NCBI GenBank assembly: GCA_043745805.1
Contig: JAYTSD010000038.1
Location: 1 to 64,000 of the forward strand
Reading direction: 5' to 3'
Origin: Fibrobacteria bacterium
GTDB taxonomy: Bacteria > Fibrobacterota > Fibrobacteria > UBA11236
Length of the DNA: 64,000 nucleotides
In this document: piece after piece, positions 38,395-47,747 of the stretch
Layout of the letters: each line of letters begins with the position of its first letter
How positions within the stretch are numbered: the first letter of the stretch is position 1
Notes under the pieces: model-generated
Told to the model about the DNA's origin: nothing
Databases searched by the model: none
What the model saw: only the letters and a program-made list of their open reading frames with translations
Program-made: the position numbers and the translations under genes

Positions 38395-38562
38395 ATGAAT
38401 CGAATTACCCGACTGCTAATTCTTGTTTTTATCCTAGTGGGAGTAATAATAGGAATGATGCAATGCGCACAAAAATCTATGCATAAGCGAAAAAAACCTA
38501 TTGATGCAAATCCACAGGGAAATTCTTTGCTCGAAATGCATCCCTTACAGATCAATGCTTAA
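38395..38562 (+). CDS. 55-aa membrane-anchored microprotein upstream of thiL (not in ORF track)
   Basis: GGAG at 38387; MNRITRLLILVFILVGVIIGMMQCAQKSMHKRKKP...; TAGTCA-N17-TATAAT at 38345-38373. Confidence 0.6.
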   Translation: MNRITRLLILVFILVGVIIGMMQCAQKSMHKRKKPIDANPQGNSLLEMHPLQINA

Positions 38563-38584
38563 TTTCCTGGAAGTTGTTTAAAAC

Positions 38585-39562
38585 ATGAATCAATTTTTTG
38601 CTGAGGGTGCTGAATTTTCATGGATAGAAACGCTGTTTACTCGCAAGCACTTTTCGCGTGATGGGCAAGGGTTAGGCGATGATGGCTATCTATGGCAAAC
38701 TAGTGGGGACCATGTTTATGTTATTTCCACCGATACCAGTGTGGAAAATATCCACTTTGATTTGCAATGGGTAAAGCCAGAAATGGCTTTGGAAAAAGCT
38801 TTGCTCAGTAATTTATCGGATATCAATGCTATGGGCGGCAAAACCGAAAAAGTATTTTTGAATCTTTGCATAAAAAAAACTTGGGATTTAAATCAAGCCA
38901 AAATCATGGGTGAAACTTTACAGTGTATGGAAGAGGACCAAGGCTTTCGTATTTGTGGTGGCGATACGGTACGTGCTGAGGGAAATTGTTTTTTTGCCTT
39001 CACGGTAATTGGTATGATTAAAGGGAATGCACTTTTGCGCAGTAATGCAAAGCCTGGTGATAAAATTTATGTAAGTGGTTGTCTTGGCGGCTCTGCCGCA
39101 GGATTAACCCTTTTACAAAAGGGTCAAAAATTGGGGACTGAAAAATCTCTCGAGCCCTTATTGAGAGCCCATGTGCAACCGCAGCCGCCTTTAGGCTTAG
39201 GGCCAAAGCTGGCCGAGTTTGAGCGTGTAGCGGCTATGGATATTAGTGATGGATTGTCGTCTGAATTATGGCATTTGTCAAAGCAATCGCAATGCGCTTT
39301 TAAAATTGATTGGGAAAAAATTCCCATGCATTCTGCTTTGCCCTTGGTGGGGGATGCGCAGCAAATCCGCGATTGGGTTTTGCATGGTGGGGAAGAATAT
39401 CAACTATTATTTACAGGTAAGTTTTCTGCAACGGAACTGGATCAATTACAGGTTTTCTCTTTGATTACCGAAATTGGGGAGGTTCGAGCTGGAGAAGGCG
39501 TGTATATTTGTGAACCAAATGGTGATGAAGAATTATTAAACGCTAAAGGTTGGGTGCACTGA
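38585..39562 (+). CDS. thiL: Thiamine-monophosphate kinase
   Basis: GLGDD, STD..VE.IHF, NLSDI.AMG, GGDT, MDISDGL, GGEEYQLLF. Confidence 0.93.
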   Translation: MNQFFAEGAEFSWIETLFTRKHFSRDGQGLGDDGYLWQTSGDHVYVISTDTSVENIHFDLQWVKPEMALEKALLSNLSDINAMGGKTEKVFLNLCIKKTWDLNQAKIMGETLQCMEEDQGFRICGGDTVRAEGNCFFAFTVIGMIKGNALLRSNAKPGDKIYVSGCLGGSAAGLTLLQKGQKLGTEKSLEPLLRAHVQPQPPLGLGPKLAEFERVAAMDISDGLSSELWHLSKQSQCAFKIDWEKIPMHSALPLVGDAQQIRDWVLHGGEEYQLLFTGKFSATELDQLQVFSLITEIGEVRAGEGVYICEPNGDEELLNAKGWVH

Positions 39563-39564
39563 AT

Positions 39565-41478
39565 ATGGCTGTGACGCAAGTTAAGCGCAAACGTAAAGTC
39601 GGTGAAATTTTATTGTCGCAAGGCTATATCACCGCAGAGCAATTAGATAAAGCTTTGGCTGAGCATCAAAGCACTGGAATTAGTTTAGGAACCATTTTAG
39701 TTAAGCTGGGATTCATCGATGATGAAACGCTCAGTAATGTGCTTGGCAAGCAATTGGAACTATCGTATCGCAAACGCATTGGCGAAATTTTGGTGGATCA
39801 AGGTTATATCCGCCAAGAGCAATTGGAAGAGGGTCTCAAGCAGCAAAAAGTTTGGGGCATGCAACTCGGTAAGTGCTTAGTCAAATTGGGTTACCTCGAT
39901 GAAGGTAAAATTCTCGATGTATTGGCTGCGCAATTGGATTTGCAGCATGTAGTATTAGAAAATTTTAAATTTGAACAAAGTGCTTTAGCTTTTATCTCAG
40001 AAGAAATGGCACGCTCCTATCGCTTGCTTCCGCTTTATGAAAAAGAGGGCGTACTCACAGTAGCGATGGTGGATCCCACCAATTTACGTTCCCTCGATCA
40101 TATCAAATTCAAAACCGGCAAAGATGTCGAACCTATGATTGCGACGGAAATCGAAATCATGCAGGCCATTGAACGCGCTTACATTGGAAATCAAAATCGA
40201 TTAAGTGATTTATTAGGTCGCGAGGACAAAGACGAATTGGTATTGGTCAAAGCAGCCATTGTCGAAGACGACGATGATGATATTCCCATGGCCGATGAAG
40301 AAGGTCGGCAAATTGTTAAAATCGTAAATTTGATTTTAACTGAAGCCATTCGCCAGGGGGCTTCGGATATTCATCTGGAACCCCAAGAAAAAAATCTGCG
40401 CATTCGCTATCGCGTGGATGGTGAATTATTAGAGCAAAACCCGATACCGGGGCGCCTGATGTCACAAATTGTTTCACGCCTAAAAGTTTTAGGTGGAATG
40501 GATATTGCCGAAAAAAGACGTCCTTTGGATGGACGGGCGCATATTCAGTATAAAGGCAAAGAAGTTGATTTACGTTTGTCAACCTTCCCAACCTTGTTAC
40601 GTGGCCGCGGGGTAACTGAAAAAATGGTGATTCGTATTATCGATCCCAATTTGACCTTACTCTCGTTGGATAAAATGAATCTCGCTCCCGAAGTGTATGA
40701 AAGCTTTGTTCGCACAATTGATATGCCCGATGGTATTGTACTTGTTACGGGTCCAACCGGTAGCGGTAAATCCAGCACTCTATATGCCTGTATCAAGCAG
40801 GTTTCTTCTCCAGAAGTCAATATTGTTACCATGGAAGATCCTGTTGAACGTAATTTAGAGGGTATTTCACAAGGCCAAATCAATGTAGGTGCAGGTTTTT
40901 CCTTTGCAGCAGGTATGCGCGCAATTTTACGGCAAGATCCCGATATTATTATGTTGGGAGAAATGCGAGATAAAGAAACCGCGGAAATGGCTATTCAATC
41001 GGCTCTTACAGGGCATATGGTGTTTAGTACACTACATACCAATGATGCCGCAGGCGCATTTACGCGCTTACTCGATATGGGCGTAGAACCTTTTTTGGTT
41101 ACCTCTTGCGTCAAAGGAGTTTTAGCGCAGCGCTTGGTTCGGAAAATCTGTGAAAAATGTCGTCAGCAAGTTGTTATTGCCGATGCCATTTTAGAGCGGA
41201 TTGGTATTGTGCCCGGTACTCCATTTTTTCAAGGTTCAGGTTGCAATGCTTGTAATCGTTCCGGCTATCGTGGCCGTATAGCTTTATTTGAGTTTTTGGT
41301 TCCCGATGTGGAAATCTTCAAAATGATTTTGGAACATAAGAGCAGTGCGGAAATTAGCCGACATGCCGTTAATGTTTGTGGAATGAAGTCTTTGCGCCGC
41401 GATGGATTGGAAAAAGCCTTATCTGGCCTTACCACCATCGAACAGGTCGTTTCTGTGTCGCAAGACGATAGAGGATAA
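39565..41478 (+). CDS. PilB/GspE-family ATPase with tandem MshEN-like domains
   Basis: ASDIHLEP, GPTGSGKS, LRQDPDIIMLGEMRD, STLHTNDA, CEKC/CNAC; two N-terminal (R/K)(V/I)GEIL..QGYI..EQL units; ATG 39565. Confidence 0.92.
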   Translation: MAVTQVKRKRKVGEILLSQGYITAEQLDKALAEHQSTGISLGTILVKLGFIDDETLSNVLGKQLELSYRKRIGEILVDQGYIRQEQLEEGLKQQKVWGMQLGKCLVKLGYLDEGKILDVLAAQLDLQHVVLENFKFEQSALAFISEEMARSYRLLPLYEKEGVLTVAMVDPTNLRSLDHIKFKTGKDVEPMIATEIEIMQAIERAYIGNQNRLSDLLGREDKDELVLVKAAIVEDDDDDIPMADEEGRQIVKIVNLILTEAIRQGASDIHLEPQEKNLRIRYRVDGELLEQNPIPGRLMSQIVSRLKVLGGMDIAEKRRPLDGRAHIQYKGKEVDLRLSTFPTLLRGRGVTEKMVIRIIDPNLTLLSLDKMNLAPEVYESFVRTIDMPDGIVLVTGPTGSGKSSTLYACIKQVSSPEVNIVTMEDPVERNLEGISQGQINVGAGFSFAAGMRAILRQDPDIIMLGEMRDKETAEMAIQSALTGHMVFSTLHTNDAAGAFTRLLDMGVEPFLVTSCVKGVLAQRLVRKICEKCRQQVVIADAILERIGIVPGTPFFQGSGCNACNRSGYRGRIALFEFLVPDVEIFKMILEHKSSAEISRHAVNVCGMKSLRRDGLEKALSGLTTIEQVVSVSQDDRG

Positions 41479-41552
41479 ATTATCTCAAAAAAACTCTAGT
41501 TTGCTAATTTGCCGCCCAGCGTTACAATACTCTAGGGGTTAAGTTAGTCTAC

Positions 41553-43595
41553 ATGAAACAAGCTTTATTATTACTCAGCCTTATTTATCTACTGAGGCCT
41601 TTGATTGATGCTGAGGATTTGCAGGGTACGGTAATCGATGAGTTACAGAATACCATTGCTAACGTACAAATCACTTTGCAGTATGCCGATTTTTTAAAGC
41701 CCGAATACCCTTTTCAACTTTTTACCCATAGTGATAAATCAGGCGCTTTTATTTTTAAAGGCTTACAACCCAGTAAACAAAATGATTTTCGCATTTTTGC
41801 CTCGTACAAAAAACTTTCTTTAGCCTTGAAAACAAGTAATAGAGTGATGGGTCAAAGCGTTGAACATTTGGATAAACGGCTTTTGTTAACACTGCAACCT
41901 GCGCATGATATTTACGTGCAATTTAAAATGCCCAAGAATCAAAACAAAGAGCTAAATAAAAACCAAATTGAATTGCACGGCGTAATGAATATTGATGAAG
42001 ACAATGCTTGGTTTCCTCTATCGAAAGATGAAAATATTTTACGCGAATTGCCTTTCCGAAAAGTGGGAGTTAAATATCAAACCGCACTCAATGGCCAGGG
42101 TACTTTTTTTATTCAACCAGATTCTTTGGGAGCGAAAGACACGCTCATTTATTTGGAGGCTAAAGAATGGATTGAGGGACGAGTATTAGATAGCATGGGT
42201 TTGCCTATTCCTGGAGTTTTATATAAAACCGAAAATGCATTTCGCCTGCTGGGATTAACGGATAGTGGAGGTGTCTTTCGCATACAAAAACCTCGTCATG
42301 GAGGGGTAACTTTATTGTTACGACATTTTGATTATAAAGATACTGTATTTTCTACGGAAACTTTTCCTCTGACTAGACCGCTGGCTATTACCTTGGCGCG
42401 AGGAAAAATAGTACAAACCCATTTAACCAATTATACTAGCGATTTTTTGCGAAGCTGTCAAATGCAAGCTCGGCCCTTGGAATTCGATAGTAATTTCGCA
42501 AAATGGAAGTTTCCTGGAGGTTCGACGCGTCGTGCCATAGCGGATTCATCGGGTCAGTTTTTTATGGCGGGACTAAGAGATGGAAATTATGTTGTGAAAA
42601 TAGGCTGCGAAGCTACGGAAACAAGGGAAGATACGTTAAGGCCAGATAAAAATCTTCCAGAAGAAATTGTTTTGCGTAAAGGTTTTAAGGTTACGTATAA
42701 AATCCAAGAAAAAATAAATTCACTTTTAGCTCCTACAAATTTAACTAGGGTTTCTCCAATTGTTGGGGCTAAAATAAAAGTTCGTAAAGTATTAGAAAAG
42801 TCACTTCTTCGCCAAGGGGAAACCGATTCTGATGGTCAGTTGTTATTTACCGCTTTACCAGAGGGAAATTATGTAATACTAATTCGCGAAGCTGGACATA
42901 TAGCCTTAAAACAAACTTTGCATATTAGTAAAGATACGCTCATAGAACTTTCGCTTGAACAAGGCTTGAGTATTAACGGCCAGGTTACTCAAAGCGATGG
43001 AAGTCTAGCGCAAGATTTACGTGTTTTCGCATTACCTGACTCATTAGTTAAGGAAAATGATAAAACGCATTTTATAGCTTCGGAGCCAATGGTTTTGCGA
43101 CAGGGAGAATGGTCACTCACAGGTTTACCCGAAGGTTTATATACACTTGGTATTGCAGCACCATGGACTAAGACAAATCCATTCATGCCGCTTTTTAGAG
43201 TGGATCGGATCCATGCTGGAGAACAAAATGTTAAAATTCATTTACCGACGATGCGAGGTTTAAGTCTTCAGCCATTTTGTGGAGATAGCGCAAGCCTCGA
43301 TACTTTTCAGATTTACGTTTTGTTACCTAGTCAAGATTCTCTACCTAGGTTGTCTCTTGGTCATGCGATGAGTCAGGTCCCTATGCAAGGTGAATATAAT
43401 GTAAATGCTTTTGTTGGTATAAAATATATTATTCATATGGAAAACCCTAAATACTTGACAGTGAATGAACTTATTCAAATTCCCGAAGGGGAAGGACGGT
43501 ATATTAAAAAAATGGCCCTCACTTTGAAAGTTGAAAAGGTAGTGGAATTGCCTATTGCGAATAAAAGTATTCTGAAGGTAAATAAGCTTCATTAA
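41553..43595 (+). CDS. Exported protein with carboxypeptidase-regulatory-like/CnaB-type beta-sandwich repeats
   Basis: Signal peptide; repeated G.V.D...PI, TD..G.F and LPEG.Y units. Confidence 0.7.
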   Translation: MKQALLLLSLIYLLRPLIDAEDLQGTVIDELQNTIANVQITLQYADFLKPEYPFQLFTHSDKSGAFIFKGLQPSKQNDFRIFASYKKLSLALKTSNRVMGQSVEHLDKRLLLTLQPAHDIYVQFKMPKNQNKELNKNQIELHGVMNIDEDNAWFPLSKDENILRELPFRKVGVKYQTALNGQGTFFIQPDSLGAKDTLIYLEAKEWIEGRVLDSMGLPIPGVLYKTENAFRLLGLTDSGGVFRIQKPRHGGVTLLLRHFDYKDTVFSTETFPLTRPLAITLARGKIVQTHLTNYTSDFLRSCQMQARPLEFDSNFAKWKFPGGSTRRAIADSSGQFFMAGLRDGNYVVKIGCEATETREDTLRPDKNLPEEIVLRKGFKVTYKIQEKINSLLAPTNLTRVSPIVGAKIKVRKVLEKSLLRQGETDSDGQLLFTALPEGNYVILIREAGHIALKQTLHISKDTLIELSLEQGLSINGQVTQSDGSLAQDLRVFALPDSLVKENDKTHFIASEPMVLRQGEWSLTGLPEGLYTLGIAAPWTKTNPFMPLFRVDRIHAGEQNVKIHLPTMRGLSLQPFCGDSASLDTFQIYVLLPSQDSLPRLSLGHAMSQVPMQGEYNVNAFVGIKYIIHMENPKYLTVNELIQIPEGEGRYIKKMALTLKVEKVVELPIANKSILKVNKLH

Positions 43596-43663
43596 ATAAT
43601 CATGTTTTTTACATGCGATAAGTTTTGGATTTCCCTCATAATAGTATTAATTCTATTTAAATA

Positions 43664-44815
43664 TCAATACGCGGCTCTATACACCGCCAGCATATTTTCC
43701 TTATCTACAGGAATGATGTTCGTCGCATGACAAGTGTCATGCATAGCATCTTGAGCAAGCATTTCCAAATCACTTTCCGGTACATTATGATTTCGCAAAC
43801 CGAAGGGAATATCTAAGCTTTGCAAAAAATGGCGACAGGAATCTGACAAACAGGACCTTGCTATTCCTGCTTCATGAAACAGGCTTTGCACCTTTTTAAA
43901 TTTACTGCGTGCTTCCGGCTTTAAATCGCTGACTTCTAAGAAGGTTAACGCATCAGGTAACAAAAGCGCATTGGCTAATCCATGATGTGTATTATAGTGT
44001 GCGGATAAAGGATGCGCTAAAGAATGAATCATACCCAAGCCTTTTTGAAAAGCCGTAGCACCCATAGCAGCAGCCATTTGCACGGAGCCTCTGGCGATTA
44101 AATCATTACCCTGTGTATAAGCCTTAGGTAAATACCGCAAAACTAAGCGCATGCCTTCTAAGGCAATGCCATCGGCCATGGGATGAAAGGAAGGGGTAAA
44201 GAAAGCTTCGAGGCAATGGGTGAAGGCATCAATACCCGTAGCGGCGGTGATACGAGGTGGCAAGCCTGCGGTAAGATTAGGTTGTAGCACGGCAATGTCG
44301 GGGATAAGGCGTGGATGAAAGAATATGGTTTTTTTTCCAGTAGCACGGAGAATAATTACTCCAGAACGGCCAACTTCGCTACCGGTTCCGGAAGTAGTGG
44401 GAATGGCATACAGCGGTGGCATGGCATTGAGAATTAATTTGTCGCCCCCTTTGGCATCATCATATTGTGCTAAGGGTCCGGGATGACAAACCATAAAGCG
44501 TATTACTTTGGCTACATCGATGGGACTGCCGCCTCCAACGGCAATTAAGGCATCACAGTGAGCGGCTTGATAAGCCTCAACACCTTTTTCTACATCTTCT
44601 TCTAAGGGATTGGGATGTGTCGCATCAAATACCGTAACCTGTATTCCCGCAGCGCGTAAGGGTTGTAATACACTTTCCACCAATCCAGTTTTGACAAGAT
44701 TAGCATCGGTTACCAAAAGGGCATGCTTGATTTGTAAGGCAATTAATCGCTGCGTCAAAGCAGTTAAGGCATCGTCACCAAAAAAAATAACGGTAGGGTA
44801 ATTGAATTGTTGCAT
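43664..44815 (-). CDS. Iron-containing alcohol dehydrogenase
   Basis: GGGSPID, PTTSGTGSE, GIDAFTHCLE, GMIHSLAH, HHGLAN. Confidence 0.93.
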   Translation of the reverse strand: MQQFNYPTVIFFGDDALTALTQRLIALQIKHALLVTDANLVKTGLVESVLQPLRAAGIQVTVFDATHPNPLEEDVEKGVEAYQAAHCDALIAVGGGSPIDVAKVIRFMVCHPGPLAQYDDAKGGDKLILNAMPPLYAIPTTSGTGSEVGRSGVIILRATGKKTIFFHPRLIPDIAVLQPNLTAGLPPRITAATGIDAFTHCLEAFFTPSFHPMADGIALEGMRLVLRYLPKAYTQGNDLIARGSVQMAAAMGATAFQKGLGMIHSLAHPLSAHYNTHHGLANALLLPDALTFLEVSDLKPEARSKFKKVQSLFHEAGIARSCLSDSCRHFLQSLDIPFGLRNHNVPESDLEMLAQDAMHDTCHATNIIPVDKENMLAVYRAAY

Positions 44816-44824
44816 AAACTTTCC

Positions 44825-46234
44825 TTAAATAATTTCAAAATAGCGTTGTAATTGCCAGTCAGTAATAGTCTTTTCATATTCGCGCACTTCCCAGTCGCGA
44901 GTATTGGCAAAGTGATCAACAAAATCGGCTCCAAATACTTCAACCGCTTCACCGGATGCACGAAAATTTCGTGTGGAATCACGTAAGTTACTTGGTAACC
45001 GTAAGGCTTCCGGTAATGTATCTTGGACATCATAGGCACTGGCTTTTACTGGTTCGCCTAATTTTAATTTTTGTTCTATACCTAGAAGTCCAGCGGCAAT
45101 GCAGGCTGCAGACACTAAATAAGGATTGCCATCTGCGGCGCCTAAACGAAATTCCACCCGTTGTGATTTTTCACTGCCAGGGATAACGCGTAAGGCCGTG
45201 GTACGATTCTCTACGCCCCACGTGGAACTAGTAGGGGCCCAAGCTCCTTTTACTAAACGCGTATAACTATTGATAGTTGGGGCGCACATAACTAAAAAAG
45301 GTTTCAAATATTTTTGCATACCCGCCACATAATTTTCCATCAAAGGACTCATACCTGCGCGTCCATTGGCTTTATGGAATATAGGTTCTCCGCTATTTAA
45401 GCGGAATAAGCTTTGATGTAAATGTCCACTTTGGCCAGGAAAGTTTTGATTCCATTTAGCCATGAAGGTGGTCATTTTATTTTCCTTTTGAAAAAAAACT
45501 TTGGTAAAGGTTTTGAAAATAACCGCTTTATCTGCTTCGTGTAATGCTTCATCGGCTGCCAATGCAGCCTCCCAAACACCTGGCCCTGTTTCGCAATGTA
45601 GTCCTTCTATGGGGCAATCTAAAGTAAGGCAATAATCTTGTAAAGCAATAAATAAATCCGATTCTGAGGAACACCGTAACATAGAATATCCAAAGTTACC
45701 TGGCGTTAGTGGTTTCAAATTTCGATAGTTTTTTTCACGCACGGAATGTGGGGTTTCATCAAAGACAAAAAATTCATATTCGATTCCGGTTTTGGCTCCA
45801 AGACCCATACCCTTAGCGCGTTCTAATATTTTTTGTAAAAGACTGCGTGGGCAAAGTGGGTGGCGACCTTCGCCTTTAGGATTAGTAAACTCGCCCAGAA
45901 AAAACGGAATATCCCCTTCATCCACTAATTGGCGTTCCGTGGATAAATCCAAACGAAAGGGAGCATCGGGAAAAGCAGTATGCCAACCGGTATAGGCGAC
46001 ATTATCATATAATTTATCATCGACATCCCAACCCAAGACACAATCACAAAAAGCGCCACCGCTTTTAATCACGGAAGCGAATTTATCCAGCGACAAATAT
46101 TTTCCACGCATCACCCCGTCAATATCGGTTAAGCCTATTTTAACTCGATGAATACCTTGTTCATGCCAGTTTTTGAGACGGAGTGAAAGTTCATTTGCAG
46201 AATTTTCTTTTTTAGTATTGATTTTTGCTTTCAC
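44825..46234 (-). CDS. Glutamine-synthetase-like gamma-glutamyl ligase (PuuA/GlnA4 type)
   Basis: DIDGVMRGK, EYEFF, H.ETGPGVWE, FMAK, GHLHQS, PTINSY.R, WG.ENRT, EFR..ADGNPY. Confidence 0.88.
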   Translation of the reverse strand: MKAKINTKKENSANELSLRLKNWHEQGIHRVKIGLTDIDGVMRGKYLSLDKFASVIKSGGAFCDCVLGWDVDDKLYDNVAYTGWHTAFPDAPFRLDLSTERQLVDEGDIPFFLGEFTNPKGEGRHPLCPRSLLQKILERAKGMGLGAKTGIEYEFFVFDETPHSVREKNYRNLKPLTPGNFGYSMLRCSSESDLFIALQDYCLTLDCPIEGLHCETGPGVWEAALAADEALHEADKAVIFKTFTKVFFQKENKMTTFMAKWNQNFPGQSGHLHQSLFRLNSGEPIFHKANGRAGMSPLMENYVAGMQKYLKPFLVMCAPTINSYTRLVKGAWAPTSSTWGVENRTTALRVIPGSEKSQRVEFRLGAADGNPYLVSAACIAAGLLGIEQKLKLGEPVKASAYDVQDTLPEALRLPSNLRDSTRNFRASGEAVEVFGADFVDHFANTRDWEVREYEKTITDWQLQRYFEII

Positions 46235-46244
46235 AGTTTTCCTT

Positions 46245-47642
46245 TCAAGGAAGTCGGAAATGAATGGCCTTGCGGCGGGTTAAACCATAAAATCCATATT
46301 TGGATAAAGTTGTTCCACGTCCGCTATCGCGTACACCCGTCCACGGTAAAGCCGGATCCAAATAATCACAACGATTTAAAAACACCGTACCTGTATGCAT
46401 TTCGCGAGCAAAGTGTTCGGCTCTTTCTATGGAGCTAGAATAAAGGACTGCGGTTAAACCATATGGGGTATCATTCATGTAACTTATGGCTTGCTCATCA
46501 TTATCTACGGCTAAGATTGGCAAGAGGGGACCAAAATTTTCTTCCTGCATGATGCGCATAGCATTATTGACATTGATGATTAGGGTCGGTTCAAAAAATG
46601 TTGCTTGGCCTATTTTTTTTATTTGTCCACCAGCTAAAATACGCGCTCCCTGCGCCTGCGCTTCGGCAATTTGTATTTGCATTTCTTGGGCAGCATTGGC
46701 TGAGGAGAGTGGGCCTAAATTGGTTTTTCTATCCATAGGATCACCCAGCACATAGTCTGCAATTAGGGCTTTACATTTTTCTACAAATTCCAAGAAAAGA
46801 CTTTTGTGTACATAAACTCTTTCAATACCGCAGCACGATTGGCCAGCATTATACATGGCACCATCAACTAAATCTTCAGCGGCTTTATTCAAATCCGCAT
46901 CCTCCGCAACATACGCTCCATCTTTTCCACCCAATTCCAAATTAGCATCGATGAAATGAGGGAGGGTATTAATTCGATTTGCTAGGCAGCTCTGTACTCT
47001 ATGTCCAGCGGCTACCGAACCCGTAAATACGACATGATTAATATTACCTTCGGAAATAATCTTTTCGGTTGTACCATGATCGGTGACAATGTTTTGCAAA
47101 ATATTTTCACAATTTCCCAAACATCCAAAGGCTTTGGCAAAGTGTTCGCCAATGGCAGGTGTAAGGCTGCTATGTTTGAGAAGAACGGTATTGCCTGCTA
47201 AAAGTGCCGTAACAATACCGTTACCTGCAGTTAGCAGAGGATAATTCCACGGGGCAATAACAAAGACGACTCCTAAGGGTTCATGTTCTATGCGGCGTTG
47301 AAATCCAGGCTTAGGAGGTAAAATTTCTGGATTTAAAGTGGCTTCGGCAATAGATAATAAATATTCACTACGCTCCAAAAATCCTTTGATTTCATTTTCT
47401 GCTTGAGAAATAGGTTTTCCCATTTGTCGGGTGATATCCTCTGCGATTTCGGATTTATGCTGATGGAAATATTGCAATGCGACTTGTATTTGCTTTACTC
47501 TTTGCGCTACGGCTAATTGTCGCCAAATTTTAAAATTCGTATGTAAGTCGACTATAAGTCCAGTAACAGTTGCAAAATCTTGTAGGGGATATTCGCCAGC
47601 ACTGACTAAAGTGAAGGGGTTTAAAGGTTGTAAAAGCTTCAC
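46245..47642 (-). CDS. Aldehyde dehydrogenase
   Basis: PWNYP, FTGS, LELGGKD, NAGQSCC, EENFGP, YGLTA. Confidence 0.93.
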   Translation of the reverse strand: MKLLQPLNPFTLVSAGEYPLQDFATVTGLIVDLHTNFKIWRQLAVAQRVKQIQVALQYFHQHKSEIAEDITRQMGKPISQAENEIKGFLERSEYLLSIAEATLNPEILPPKPGFQRRIEHEPLGVVFVIAPWNYPLLTAGNGIVTALLAGNTVLLKHSSLTPAIGEHFAKAFGCLGNCENILQNIVTDHGTTEKIISEGNINHVVFTGSVAAGHRVQSCLANRINTLPHFIDANLELGGKDGAYVAEDADLNKAAEDLVDGAMYNAGQSCCGIERVYVHKSLFLEFVEKCKALIADYVLGDPMDRKTNLGPLSSANAAQEMQIQIAEAQAQGARILAGGQIKKIGQATFFEPTLIINVNNAMRIMQEENFGPLLPILAVDNDEQAISYMNDTPYGLTAVLYSSSIERAEHFAREMHTGTVFLNRCDYLDPALPWTGVRDSGRGTTLSKYGFYGLTRRKAIHFRLP

Positions 47643-47663
47643 GGCGTCTCCACTTTAGGATAT

Positions 47664-47692
47664 TAAATTGTGAAATTATTCCTCACAATTTA
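47664..47692. promoter_or_regulatory. Inverted repeat (candidate operator) upstream of the ALDH-GS-ADH operon
   Basis: TAAATTGTGA-N9-TCACAATTTA, perfect 10-bp arms. Confidence 0.5.
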
Positions 47693-47747
47693 GTTTACCG
47701 TTACCCCATTGCTAAAGGCAATGAAATGAAGTCGAAACATTTATTTT

